A stretch of 64,000 bases of DNA, taken from positions 478-64,477 of the forward strand of contig JAFIEE010000002.1 in the NCBI GenBank assembly GCA_020832705.1, in the 5' to 3' direction. The DNA comes from Paracoccaceae bacterium (GTDB lineage Bacteria; Pseudomonadota; Alphaproteobacteria; Rhodobacterales; Rhodobacteraceae). The translations under genes were made by a program, and so were the position numbers. Shown one piece after another: positions 28,782-38,631 of this stretch. The notes under the pieces were generated by a model, which made no database searches, was not told the DNA's origin, and worked only from the letters and a program-made list of their open reading frames with translations. The stretch's first letter is position 1. Each line of letters begins with the position of its first letter.

Positions 28782-29621
28782 TCAGCCTGTCGCTGCACCC
28801 TCCAGCCCCTCCAGCACCCCACGCAGATAGCCAAGCGAAGCCGCCGCCGTCGTGGCGCCATCGGGGACATAGACGAAGGGTTCCACCGCCACCGGGTGCG
28901 GCCAGTGCGCCGCGCGCAGCGCGGCCAGGAACGGCGCCATGCGATCCGCCCCCTGCCCCGGTCCGCGCCGGTTGCTGTCATTGAGTTGCACATGGGCGAT
29001 GCGCCCGGTGGGCAGCCAGCGCGCGGCCAGATCGGCCAGTGGCTCGGCCTCGCCGCGCAGCGCGTGGCCGGTGTCGATCATCAGTTGCAGCCCCGGCTCG
29101 GCCACCGCGTCCAGCAGCGCCGCACCTTCGGCCAGGGTGGTGATGAAATCGGCTTCGTCGGCCGAGATCGGCTCGATGCAATAGACCATCCCGGCCGCCC
29201 GCGCCCGCGCCCCGGCGGCGGCCCAATGCTCCAGCGCCACCGCCCGCGCGCGCTCCGGGTCTGGGCCCAGACGGCGCTGCTTCGGCGATCCATGGACCAG
29301 CACGCGGCCCCCCAGCCCCGCGCAAAGGTCCACCAGCGCCGCCAGCGCATCGCTCACGCATGCGCGCATCGCCGGGTCCGGGTCGGTGATCGACAAACCC
29401 TCGGGCGCGATCAGCAGCCAGTGCAGCCCCGTCACCTCCAGCCCGTGATCGGCGACAATCGCGCGGGCCTCGGCAACCTGGCGGTTGGTCATCCGCGTGG
29501 GGTCCGGGGCCAGCGTGTAGGGCGCGATCTCCAGCCCCGCATAGCCCATCGCGGCGGCCATGCGGCACTGCTCGGCCAGGCCCACCCCGGCCAGAACCTC
29601 GTTGCACAGGCTGAATTTCAT
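28782..29621 (-). CDS. Sugar phosphate isomerase/epimerase (ketose 3-epimerase-like TIM barrel)
   Basis: GYAGLEIAP, CIEP, DTGH, HVQLND.NRRGPGQG, VEPF metal ligands. Confidence 0.85.
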   Translation of the reverse strand: MKFSLCNEVLAGVGLAEQCRMAAAMGYAGLEIAPYTLAPDPTRMTNRQVAEARAIVADHGLEVTGLHWLLIAPEGLSITDPDPAMRACVSDALAALVDLCAGLGGRVLVHGSPKQRRLGPDPERARAVALEHWAAAGARARAAGMVYCIEPISADEADFITTLAEGAALLDAVAEPGLQLMIDTGHALRGEAEPLADLAARWLPTGRIAHVQLNDSNRRGPGQGADRMAPFLAALRAAHWPHPVAVEPFVYVPDGATTAAASLGYLRGVLEGLEGAATG

Positions 29622-29762
29622 CGCTAACCCCTCTTATGCCGCCGTGTTTGGGCGCCGTATTGGCACGGTCCCTGCCAGGCGCATGCTGGGGCGGCACGGC
29701 CCGCCCTGTCAATCGCCCGACGCCGCATCGACGCCCCGGGCCGGACCGTCGAAAGGACGCGC

Positions 29763-30503
29763 ATGGACCTTCAGATGCTGTTCTGGCTGACGCTTGCGCT
29801 GGGCGCGGGGGCGATTTCCAAGGGCGCCACCGGGCTGGGCCTGCCCTTGATTGCGCTGCCGCTGCTGACGGCGGTTGTGGGGCTGCAGCAGGCCATCGGC
29901 ATCATGCTGGTGCCGATCCTGGCCACCAACATCTATCAGATATGGGCCTATCGCGCGGCGCGGGCGCTGCCGGGGCTGGCGTTCCTGCCGTGGTTTCTGG
30001 GCCTTGGCGCGGTGGGGATCGGGCTGGGCACCTGGGCGCTGGACACGCTGCCCGAGCGGACGCTCGAGGCCGGTCTGGGTGCAATGCTGCTGGCCTATGT
30101 GGGGCTGCGGCTGGCGCGCCCCGGTTTCGTGCTGTCGGCGCAGGCGGCGCGGCGGCTGGGTCCGGTGGCGGGGCTGGCGGCGGGCACGCTGCAGGGCGCC
30201 ACCGGGATCGCCGCGCCTGCGGGCGTGACCTTCATGCACGCGCTGGGGCTGGAGCGGCAGGCGACGGTTTTCGCGGTCTCGGCCATGTTCCTGGGCTTTG
30301 CCCTGGTGCAGTTGCCGGCGCTGGTGGTGGCGGGCATCTATCAGGCGCACTGGCTGTGGCTGGGGCTGTTTGCGTGCATTCCGGTCTTTGTCTTCATGCC
30401 CGTGGGGGCCTGGCTGGGTCGGCTGAGCAGCCCGCGCGCCTTCGACCTGATGATCCTGGCCTTCCTGACGCTGGCCGGGGCGCGCATGGTGATCGGCGCC
30501 TGA
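29763..30503 (+). CDS. TauE/SafE (TSUP) family permease
   Basis: KGATGLGLPLI and GTLQGATGIAAP half-repeats, ~8 TM segments. Confidence 0.85.
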   Translation: MDLQMLFWLTLALGAGAISKGATGLGLPLIALPLLTAVVGLQQAIGIMLVPILATNIYQIWAYRAARALPGLAFLPWFLGLGAVGIGLGTWALDTLPERTLEAGLGAMLLAYVGLRLARPGFVLSAQAARRLGPVAGLAAGTLQGATGIAAPAGVTFMHALGLERQATVFAVSAMFLGFALVQLPALVVAGIYQAHWLWLGLFACIPVFVFMPVGAWLGRLSSPRAFDLMILAFLTLAGARMVIGA

Positions 30504-30521
30504 GCGGCGCGACATTCACGC

Positions 30522-30564
30522 TTGACCGAAGCGCCGCGCCGGGGATAAGTAACCATAAGGTTAC
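30522..30564 (+). promoter_or_regulatory. Promoter with palindromic operator for the Gfo-DUF993 operon
   Basis: TTGACC (30522-30527), 17-nt spacer, ATAAGT, overlapped by GTAACC-ATAA-GGTTAC (30549-30564). Confidence 0.75.
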
Positions 30565-30611
30565 ATAAGGGCACACCAGCGGCGTGCCATCAATCAGAAA
30601 GGACGGGGGCG

Positions 30612-31763
30612 ATGGGCGAACAGCGGCTTGGCCTGATCATGCATGGCGTCACCGGGCGCATGGGCTACAACCAGCACCTGGTGCGTTCGGTCCTGGCGAT
30701 CCGCGATCAGGGCGGGATCATGCTGCAGAACGGCGACCGGCTGATACCGGACCCGATCCTTGTGGGCCGCAATGCCGACCGGGTGCGGGCAGTGGCCGAA
30801 CGCCACGGGGTCACGCGCTGGTCCGACGATCTGGACGCCGCGCTCGCCAACCCGGACGACACCGTGTTCTTCGACGCGGGCACCACGCAGATGCGCGCGC
30901 AACTGCTGGAACGCGCGCTGGCGGCGGGCAAGCATGTCTATTGCGAAAAGCCCACCTCGGACGATCTGGACACGGCGGTCAGGCTTGCCCGCACGGCGCG
31001 GGCCTCGGGGCTGAAACACGGCGTGGTGCAGGACAAGCTGTTCCTGCCCGGCCTGATGAAGCTGGCCATGCTGCGGGACGCCGGGTTCTTCGGCAAGATC
31101 CTGTCGGTGCGGGGCGAATTCGGCTATTGGGTGTTCGAAGGCGACTGGCAGCAGGCGCAGCGTCCCTCGTGGAATTACCGCCTGGCCGATGGCGGCGGCA
31201 TCATCCTCGATATGCTCTGCCACTGGCGCTATGTGCTGGACAACCTGTTCGGCGAGGTGCGCGCGGTCTCCTGCCTTGGCGCCACCCATATCCCCGAGCG
31301 CGTGGACGAAGCGGGCAACTGCTACACCGCCGATGCCGACGATGCCGCCTATGCCACGTTCGAACTGGAGGGCGGGGTGATCGCGCATATCAACTCGTCC
31401 TGGACAGTGCGGGTGCGGCGCGATGATCTGGTGACCTTTCAGGTGGACGGCACACACGGGTCCGCGGTGGCGGGGCTGCACAAGTGTTTCACCCAGCACC
31501 GGGTGAACACGCCCAAACCCGTCTGGAACCCGGACCAGCCGCAGACCATGAACTTCCTTGATGACTGGGAGGAGGTGCCCGACAACTGGCCCGCCGACAA
31601 CGGCTTCAAGGTGCAGTGGGAAATGTTCCTGCGCCATGTCGCCGAGGATGCGCCCTGGCCCTACGGGCTGGAAGCGGGCGCCAAGGGCGTGCAACTGGCC
31701 GCGCTTGGCCTGCAATCATGGAAGGAACGCCGCTGGCTGGACGTTCCCGCGCTGGAGTTCTGA
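30612..31763 (+). CDS. Gfo/Idh/MocA family oxidoreductase
   Basis: MHGVTGRMG, HVYCEKP, GGGIILDMLCHW. Confidence 0.9.
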   Translation: MGEQRLGLIMHGVTGRMGYNQHLVRSVLAIRDQGGIMLQNGDRLIPDPILVGRNADRVRAVAERHGVTRWSDDLDAALANPDDTVFFDAGTTQMRAQLLERALAAGKHVYCEKPTSDDLDTAVRLARTARASGLKHGVVQDKLFLPGLMKLAMLRDAGFFGKILSVRGEFGYWVFEGDWQQAQRPSWNYRLADGGGIILDMLCHWRYVLDNLFGEVRAVSCLGATHIPERVDEAGNCYTADADDAAYATFELEGGVIAHINSSWTVRVRRDDLVTFQVDGTHGSAVAGLHKCFTQHRVNTPKPVWNPDQPQTMNFLDDWEEVPDNWPADNGFKVQWEMFLRHVAEDAPWPYGLEAGAKGVQLAALGLQSWKERRWLDVPALEF

Positions 31764-31766
31764 GAC

Positions 31767-32936
31767 ATGCCCGCCATCACCCTGCCCCACCCGGACGGCA
31801 CGCTGAAACCCCACACGCTGACGGGCGCGCCGGTGCCGCTGGCGCGCCGCCGCGCCGATGCTTTCCCGCGCGTGGTCTTTGCCGCGGCGCATGTGGTGGC
31901 CGATCCGCTGGCCGTGCATGACCCCTGGCTGACCCCCGCGATCGACTGGGACCGGACGCTGGCGTTCCGGCACCGGCTGTGGGACCTTGGCCTGGGCGTG
32001 GCCGAGGCGATGGACACCGCGCAGCGCGGCATGGGGCTGGGCTGGGCGGAGGCGCAGGAACTGATCCGCCGCGCGCTGGCCGAAGCCGCCAGCCGCGATG
32101 ATGCGCTGATCGCCTGCGGTGCCGGGACCGACCATCTGGACCCCGGGGCGGGCATCGGCATCGATGATATCCTGCGCGCCTATGACGAGCAGTTCGCGGT
32201 GATCGAAGGCTATGGCGGGCGCATCATCCTCATGGCCAGCCGCGCGCTGGCCGCCGCCGCGCGCGGGCCCGATGATTACGCCCGCGTCTATGACCATGTT
32301 CTGAGCAACAGCAAGGAGCCCGTCATCATCCACTGGCTGGGCGAGATGTTCGACCCGGCGCTGGCGGGCTACTGGGGCCACGGCGACCACATGGCGGCGA
32401 TGGAGGTCGCGCTCGACGTGATCGCCGCGCATGCGGACAAGGTCGACGGGATCAAGATCTCGCTTCTGTCCAAGGAAAAGGAAATCACCATGCGCCGCCG
32501 CCTGCCGCCGGGCGTGCGCATGTATACGGGCGATGATTTCAACTATGCCGAACTGATCGCAGGCGACGAACAGGGCCATTCGGACGCGCTGCTGGGCATT
32601 TTCGATGCCATCGCGCCGGTGGCCTCGGCGGCGATGGAGGCACTGGGGCAAGGCGACGAAGGCACCTTTCACAGCCTGCTGGCGCCCACCGTCCCGCTGT
32701 CGCGCCACATCTTTGCGGCGCCGACGCGGTTCTACAAGACCGGGGTGGTGTTCATGGCCTATCTGAACGGGTTGCAGGATCATTTCACCATGGTCGGCGG
32801 ACAGCAGAGCGCGCGGTCGGTGCAGCATCTGGCCGAGCTGTTCCGGCTGGCCGATGCCGCCGGATGTCTGGCCGATCCGGACCTGGCCACCGACCGCATG
32901 GCGCGCGTGCTGGCGGTCCATGGCGTGACCCCGTGA
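31767..32936 (+). CDS. DUF993 family (DHDPS-like TIM barrel) protein
   Basis: FAAAHVVADP, GVAEAMDTAQRGMG, GAGTDHL, HWLGEMFDP, GIKISLL, YTGDDFNY, SDALLGIFD. Confidence 0.85.
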   Translation: MPAITLPHPDGTLKPHTLTGAPVPLARRRADAFPRVVFAAAHVVADPLAVHDPWLTPAIDWDRTLAFRHRLWDLGLGVAEAMDTAQRGMGLGWAEAQELIRRALAEAASRDDALIACGAGTDHLDPGAGIGIDDILRAYDEQFAVIEGYGGRIILMASRALAAAARGPDDYARVYDHVLSNSKEPVIIHWLGEMFDPALAGYWGHGDHMAAMEVALDVIAAHADKVDGIKISLLSKEKEITMRRRLPPGVRMYTGDDFNYAELIAGDEQGHSDALLGIFDAIAPVASAAMEALGQGDEGTFHSLLAPTVPLSRHIFAAPTRFYKTGVVFMAYLNGLQDHFTMVGGQQSARSVQHLAELFRLADAAGCLADPDLATDRMARVLAVHGVTP

Positions 32937-34369
32937 CCACCCATTCGAATGACGCGCCGCGCCTGCGGGTGGTCGAAGCGGCGGCCTTCGAACGGCCCGT
33001 GACCTTCCGCTTCCCGTTCCGCTTCGGCGCGGCCTCGGTCGCAGCCGCCCCGCAGGCGTTTGTCCGGGTGGTGGTGGAGGATGCGCAGGGCCGCCGCGCC
33101 ACCGGCTGGGCCGCCGAGATGATGATGCCGCGCTGGTTCGACAAGTCGCCCGACCTGAGCGTGGCAGACAACATCGACCAGTTGCGCCGCGCCCTGCGGC
33201 TGGGGCTGGACGCGCTTCTGGGCGCGGGCAGCGCAACGGCGTTCGGCCTGCACGCCAGCGCCGCGCCGGGGCACGCGGCGGCTTGCGCGGCGCAGGGCAT
33301 GGGCGGGCTGATCGCCTCCTTCGGGATGGCGCTGCCGGACCGGGCGGTGCTGGATGCGCTGTGCCGTCTGCACGGGGTTCCGGCGGTGGCGGCGCTGCGC
33401 GCCAACCTGCCGGGGCTGGATACATCCCTGACCCCGGACCTTGCGGGGTTCGACATGGCCGCCTTCCTCGCCGCCCGCCCCGCCCCGGACCGGATCGCCC
33501 TGCGCCATACCGTGGGCCTGGGCGATGCGCTGACGGTGGAGGAGATCGAAACCCCGCTGGGGGATGGGCTGCCGCAAAGCCTCGATCAGGTGATCGGCAC
33601 CTGTGCCCCGCGCTATTTCAAGCTCAAGCTTTCCGGCGACCCGGCGGCGGATACAGAACGGCTGATCCGGATCGCGGCGGTTCTGGACGCGCGCGCCCCC
33701 GGCTGGCAGGCCACGCTGGACGGGAACGAACAGTATCCCGGTCCGGACCCGCTGGCCGACCTGCTGGACCGGATCGCCGCGCATCCGGCACTGGCGGGGC
33801 TGCGCGCGGGGCTGCTGTTCGTGGAACAGCCCATGGCGCGCGCCGTGACACTGGGAACCGACGTGTCCGCCCTTGCCGCTCGCGTGGCGCTGGAGATCGA
33901 CGAATCCGACGCCGATCTGACCTCTTTCCCGCAGGCGCGCGCACTGGGCTATACCGGCGTGTCGTCCAAGTCCTGCAAGGGGGTCTATCGCGCGCTGCTG
34001 AACGCGGCGCGGGTCGCGCAGGGCAATGCGACCGGCGCGCGGCTGTTCCTGTCGGCCGAGGATCTGACCGTGCAGCCGGGCCTTGCCCTGCAACAGGATC
34101 TGGTGCTGGCGGCCGTGACCGGCAACACCCATGTGGAACGCAACGGCCACCATTTCGTCGCCGGAATGGGCCCCGCGCCCGAGGCCGAACAGACCCGCTT
34201 CGCGCAGGCGCATCCGGACCTTTACACCGTCAGGGCCGGGCAGACCCGCCTGCGGATTGACGGCGGCATGATCGCACTGACCAGCACACTGGCGGCGCCG
34301 GGCCTCGGCTGCGCGCTGGCGCCGGACGCGGGCGCGTTGGCCCCCCTGAAGGAAGGACCCGCCGCATGA
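32933..34369 (+). CDS. Divergent enolase-superfamily protein
   Basis: PFRFG, YFKLKL (KxK), LDGNEQY, FVEQP, IDESD, SSKSCKG, HVERNGHH; GTGA overlap. Confidence 0.75.
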   Translation: MTTHSNDAPRLRVVEAAAFERPVTFRFPFRFGAASVAAAPQAFVRVVVEDAQGRRATGWAAEMMMPRWFDKSPDLSVADNIDQLRRALRLGLDALLGAGSATAFGLHASAAPGHAAACAAQGMGGLIASFGMALPDRAVLDALCRLHGVPAVAALRANLPGLDTSLTPDLAGFDMAAFLAARPAPDRIALRHTVGLGDALTVEEIETPLGDGLPQSLDQVIGTCAPRYFKLKLSGDPAADTERLIRIAAVLDARAPGWQATLDGNEQYPGPDPLADLLDRIAAHPALAGLRAGLLFVEQPMARAVTLGTDVSALAARVALEIDESDADLTSFPQARALGYTGVSSKSCKGVYRALLNAARVAQGNATGARLFLSAEDLTVQPGLALQQDLVLAAVTGNTHVERNGHHFVAGMGPAPEAEQTRFAQAHPDLYTVRAGQTRLRIDGGMIALTSTLAAPGLGCALAPDAGALAPLKEGPAA

Positions 34370-35199
34370 GCGACAATATCCTGTCCATCAACCTGGCCAC
34401 CACGCGCCAGAAATGGGGCTTCGCCGAAGCCGTGGATGGCTGCCTGGCGCGCGGGATCACCGCGATTGCGCCCTGGCGCGACCAGATCGCCGCCATCGGC
34501 CTGGCCGAGGCCGCGCGGATCGTCCGCGCCAACGGGTTGCGGCTGACCGGGGTGTGCCGGGGCGGCATGTTCCCCGCCGCCGATGCCGCAGGGCGCAGCG
34601 CCGCGCTTGAGGACAACCGCCGCGCGGTGGACGAGGCGGCGGAACTGGGCGCCGATTGTCTGGTGCTGGTGGTGGGCGGGCTGCCCGAAGGGTCGCGCGA
34701 CATCGCAGGCGCGCGGGCGCAGGTGGCCGAGGGGATTGCCGCGCTGCTGCCGCATGCGCGCGCATCGGGCGTGCCGCTGGCGATCGAACCCCTGCACCCG
34801 ATGTATGCCGCCGACCGCGCCTGCGTGAACACGCTCGATCAGGCGCTGGACCTGTGCGCGGCGCTGGGGCCCGGCGTGGGTGTGGCCATCGATGTCTATC
34901 ACGTCTGGTGGGATCCGGGGCTGGCGGCGGCGATTGCGCGGGCGGGGCGGATGGGTGCGATCATGGCGCACCATATCTGCGACTGGCGGGTGCCGACCCG
35001 CGATCTGCTGCTGGACCGCGGCATGATGGGCGACGGGGTGATCGACCTGCCCGGCATCCGCGCCATGATCGAGGCCGCAGGCTGGAACGGCCCGCAGGAG
35101 GTCGAGATCTTCTCGGCCCAGGACTGGTGGCAACGCCCCGGCGACGAGGTTCTGGCCGTCTGTCAGGAACGTTTCGAAAGCGTCTGTCAGGCGGGGTGA
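34366..35199 (+). CDS. Sugar phosphate isomerase/epimerase (IolE/AP endonuclease 2-like)
   Basis: LSINLAT, CRGGMF, AIEPLHPMY, DVYHVWWD, HICDW, DRGMMGDG, EVEIFS. Confidence 0.88.
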   Translation: MSDNILSINLATTRQKWGFAEAVDGCLARGITAIAPWRDQIAAIGLAEAARIVRANGLRLTGVCRGGMFPAADAAGRSAALEDNRRAVDEAAELGADCLVLVVGGLPEGSRDIAGARAQVAEGIAALLPHARASGVPLAIEPLHPMYAADRACVNTLDQALDLCAALGPGVGVAIDVYHVWWDPGLAAAIARAGRMGAIMAHHICDWRVPTRDLLLDRGMMGDGVIDLPGIRAMIEAAGWNGPQEVEIFSAQDWWQRPGDEVLAVCQERFESVCQAG

Positions 35200-35255
35200 A
35201 CGCACACCTGCGCGCGGCCAGCGCCACAGTTGACCCGCTGCCGGCGCGCGGCGTG

Positions 35256-35966
35256 TCAGAATGTCGTCGTCAGCCGGTAGCCGGGCGCGTAATGCTGCGT
35301 GACCTGCGTGATCGCGTGCTCCCCCGTCCACGTGATCCGCGCCATCGTGAAGACCGCGCTGCCCGGCGCGCAGGCCAGCGCGTCGGCAATGGCCGCATCG
35401 GCGGCAACGGCGCCAAGGGCCAGATCGCCGCGCGTGAAGGCCACGTTCTGCACCAGCCAGGAGTTGGCATCGACCTGCGCCAGGTCGATGTCCAGGATCG
35501 CGGGCACGGCGACCGGGTTGATCCAGCGATCTTCGTAGACATGCGGCGCGCCATCGCTCAGATGCAGCGCACGCACCCGCAAGAGCCGTGTCTCCGGCGC
35601 AAGCGCCAACGCACGGCACACCCCGGCCGGGGCGGTACCAAGCGCGCGCGCAATCAGGGCATAGCCGTGGGCAGCGCCGCGCGCCTCGACCTCCTGCCGG
35701 ATCACCGGGATCGCCAGCGTCGCCTTGCGCAACGGGGTCATGACCACCCGCGTGCCGCCCTTGCGTCGCCGTTCCAGCAGCCCGGCCTCGGCCAGATCGC
35801 GCAGCGCGCGGTTCACGGTGGCGCGCGCGCAGCCCCACTCGGTGGCCAGTTCGGCCTCGTTCGGGATCAGCGCGCCCGGCGGCCATTCGCGCGCCCGGAT
35901 ACGCCGCAGCGCCTCGTCGCGCGCGTGCTGCCAGCCAAAGGCGCCCGACGGCCGGTCAGAGGGCAT
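35256..35966 (-). CDS. hutC: Histidine utilization repressor (GntR + UTRA)
   Basis: IPNEAELA..GCARATVNRAL..L..GLLERRRKGGT; UTRA domain; directly downstream of hutF. Confidence 0.85.
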   Translation of the reverse strand: MPSDRPSGAFGWQHARDEALRRIRAREWPPGALIPNEAELATEWGCARATVNRALRDLAEAGLLERRRKGGTRVVMTPLRKATLAIPVIRQEVEARGAAHGYALIARALGTAPAGVCRALALAPETRLLRVRALHLSDGAPHVYEDRWINPVAVPAILDIDLAQVDANSWLVQNVAFTRGDLALGAVAADAAIADALACAPGSAVFTMARITWTGEHAITQVTQHYAPGYRLTTTF

Positions 35967-37317
35967 CGCGCAGCCCCTGCAGCGTGCGCAGATAGGCCGC
36001 CGTGATCGCCGCGCGGGCCCGGTGGCGCCCGCCCCGGACCAGATGCCGCCCGGCGGACCAGACCTCGGCCACCGCGCGGTCGTCACCGGCGAATATCCAG
36101 GCGTCCAGAGCCGTGTCGCCCTGCCGACCGACCAGGTCCACCGCCCCCCCGTCCAGCGCCAGAAGATCCGCCCAGCACCCCGGCGCAATCGCCCCGCTGT
36201 CGCGCCCTGCCGCCTGCGCCCCGCCGCGCGCTGCGCCTTCGAACAGCACCCGCCCGGTGGACCGCCCGGGCCTGGCCAGCGCCGCGCGCGACCGGTCGCG
36301 CAGGCGCTGCGAATACTCCAGCGTGCGCAACTCCTCGGTCAGTGCGATACGGATGTTGCTGTCCGACCCCACGCCAAAGGCCCCGCCCGCGCCGAGCCAG
36401 CGCACCCCGTCGAAGATGCCGTCCCCCAGCGAGGATTCGGTGATCGGGCAGAGCCCCGCCACCGCGCCGGTGGCCGCCAGCGCCAGCGTCTCGTCCGGGA
36501 CCATCTGCGTGCAATGGATCAGACACCAGCGCGGGTCCACCGGCGCATGGTCCAGCAGCCAGCGCACGGGCCGCGCGCCATGGGCCGCCTGCACCTCCTC
36601 GACCTCGGCCACCTGTTCGGCCAGATGCATGTGGATCGGCCCGTCCCCCAGAGCGACCGCCGCCGCCAGCCCCTCGGGCGTGACCGCACGCAGACTGTGC
36701 GGCGCCACACCCGGAACCGTATCGGCGGGCAACCCTGCCAACGCCGCGCGCGTGCCCTCCATCAACCGGGCAAAGCGGTCGGGATCATTGCCGAACCGCA
36801 CCTGCCCGGCCCCCAGCGCCCGCCCGTCGCAGCCGCCCTGCTGATAAAGCACCGGCAGCAGCGTCAGCCCTATTCCCGACTGTTCCGCGGCGGCGGCAAT
36901 CCGCGCCACCATTTCCGCCAGATCGGCATAGGGCGCCCCGCCGGGGCGGTGGTGCAGGTAATGGAATTCCACGTTGCAGGCATAGCCCGCTTCCAGCATC
37001 TGCATCTGCACGAAGGCGGCGATGGCCTGCACGTCCTCGGGCGTCAGCCGGTCCAGAAACCGGAACATCAACTGCCGCCAGGTCCAGAAACTGTCGCGCG
37101 GGTCGGGGCCGCGCGCCTCGGTCAGCCCGGCCATGGCGCGCTGGAAGGCATGGCTGTGCAGGTTCGCGGGCGCGGGCAGCAGGATGTCCAGCCGCTGCCC
37201 GCCCGGCGCGGAGTCGCGTGCCACCGCGCCGATCCGCCCGTCTGCGCCGATCTCGACCCGCACATCGCGTGCCCAACCGTCCGGCAGAAGCGCCTGTTGC
37301 GCAAAAAGGGTTGTCAT
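35956..37317 (-). CDS. hutF: Formimidoylglutamate deiminase
   Basis: NLHSHAFQRAMAG, SFWTWR, EFHYLHH, APHSLRAV, HLAEQ, GSDSN. Confidence 0.95.
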   Translation of the reverse strand: MTTLFAQQALLPDGWARDVRVEIGADGRIGAVARDSAPGGQRLDILLPAPANLHSHAFQRAMAGLTEARGPDPRDSFWTWRQLMFRFLDRLTPEDVQAIAAFVQMQMLEAGYACNVEFHYLHHRPGGAPYADLAEMVARIAAAAEQSGIGLTLLPVLYQQGGCDGRALGAGQVRFGNDPDRFARLMEGTRAALAGLPADTVPGVAPHSLRAVTPEGLAAAVALGDGPIHMHLAEQVAEVEEVQAAHGARPVRWLLDHAPVDPRWCLIHCTQMVPDETLALAATGAVAGLCPITESSLGDGIFDGVRWLGAGGAFGVGSDSNIRIALTEELRTLEYSQRLRDRSRAALARPGRSTGRVLFEGAARGGAQAAGRDSGAIAPGCWADLLALDGGAVDLVGRQGDTALDAWIFAGDDRAVAEVWSAGRHLVRGGRHRARAAITAAYLRTLQGLRDAL

Positions 37318-37340
37318 GGCGGGCTCCGGCGTGTGGACGG

Positions 37341-37372
37341 TTGACAGCATCTATTATGTGCAGACATATTAT
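37341..37372. promoter_or_regulatory. hutF/hutI divergent promoter with HutC operator
   Basis: TTGACA at 37341-37346; palindrome TATGT-GCAG-ACATA (37355-37368) resembles the HutC TGTA-N2-TACA type box. Confidence 0.7.
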
Positions 37373-37434
37373 CCGAAGCGGGACGCAAGGCAAGCCGATT
37401 CGCCCGGCCGCGCCCGACACCGGAAAGGGACCCC

Positions 37435-38631
37435 ATGGCGGATGCACTGCTGACCAATGCCCGGCTGGCCACGCTGGACGGTCCCGGTTACGGGCTGATC
37501 GAGAACGGCGCGCTGGCCATCGCGGGCGGGCGCATCCGCTGGGCCGGGTCCGGCGCCGACCTGCCCGCCGAACATGCCGCCCTGCCCCGGCATGACATGG
37601 ACGGGCGCCTGGTCACCCCCGCGCCCATCGACTGCCACACGCATCTGGTCCACGGCGGCGACCGCGCGCGCGAGTTCGAATTGCGCCTGCAGGGCGCCAG
37701 CTACACCGAGATCGCGCGCGGGGGGGGCGGCATCCTGTCAACCGTCGCCGCCACCCGCGCGGCGGACGAGGACGCGCTGGTCGCCACCGCCCTGCCCCGG
37801 CTCGATGCCCTGCTGGCCGAAGGCGTGGCCACGGTCGAGGTGAAATCCGGCTACGGCCTCGACCCGGCGACCGAATTGCGCATGCTGCGCGCCGCCCGGC
37901 GGCTGGAGACCCTGCGCCCGGTGCGCATATGCACCACCTTCCTGGGCGCCCATGCCTGCCCGCCCCAGACCGACCCCGACAGCTACATCGACGATATCTG
38001 CCTCCCCACGCTGCACGCCGCCCATGCCGAAGGGCTGGTCGATGCGGTGGACGGGTTCTGCGAAGGGATCGGATTCACCCCCGCCCAGATCGCCCGCGTC
38101 TTCGACACCGCCCGGGCACTGAACCTGCCGGTCAAGCTGCACGCCGAACAGCTCAGCCACACCGGCGGCACGGCCCTTGCCGCCCGCTACAACGCGCTCT
38201 CTGCCGATCATGTCGAATACGCGACCGAGGATGACGCGCGCGCCATGGCCGCCGCCGACACCGTGGCCGTGTTGCTGCCCGGCGCCTTCTACACCCTGCA
38301 TGAAACGCAGGCGCCCCCCGTTGCCGCGTTTCGCGCCCACGGGGTGAAAATGGCGCTGGCCACCGATGCCAACCCCGGATCCTCGCCGCTGACCTCGATC
38401 CTGCTGGCCATGAACATGGGCTGCACCCTGTTCCGCCTGACACCCGAGGAGGCGCTGCGCGGCATCACCACCCACGCCGCCGCCGCGCTGGGCCTGACCG
38501 ATTGCGGGCGGCTGGCACCGGGGCTGCGGGCCGATCTGGCGGTCTGGAACGTGCAGAACCCCGCCGAACTCGCCTGGCGCATCGGCTTCAACCCGCTTCA
38601 TCAACGCTGGCTCAACGGTGCCCCATGCTGA
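37435..38631 (+). CDS. hutI: Imidazolonepropionase
   Basis: [51 protein letters not shown]. Confidence 0.95.
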   Translation: MADALLTNARLATLDGPGYGLIENGALAIAGGRIRWAGSGADLPAEHAALPRHDMDGRLVTPAPIDCHTHLVHGGDRAREFELRLQGASYTEIARGGGGILSTVAATRAADEDALVATALPRLDALLAEGVATVEVKSGYGLDPATELRMLRAARRLETLRPVRICTTFLGAHACPPQTDPDSYIDDICLPTLHAAHAEGLVDAVDGFCEGIGFTPAQIARVFDTARALNLPVKLHAEQLSHTGGTALAARYNALSADHVEYATEDDARAMAAADTVAVLLPGAFYTLHETQAPPVAAFRAHGVKMALATDANPGSSPLTSILLAMNMGCTLFRLTPEEALRGITTHAAAALGLTDCGRLAPGLRADLAVWNVQNPAELAWRIGFNPLHQRWLNGAPC

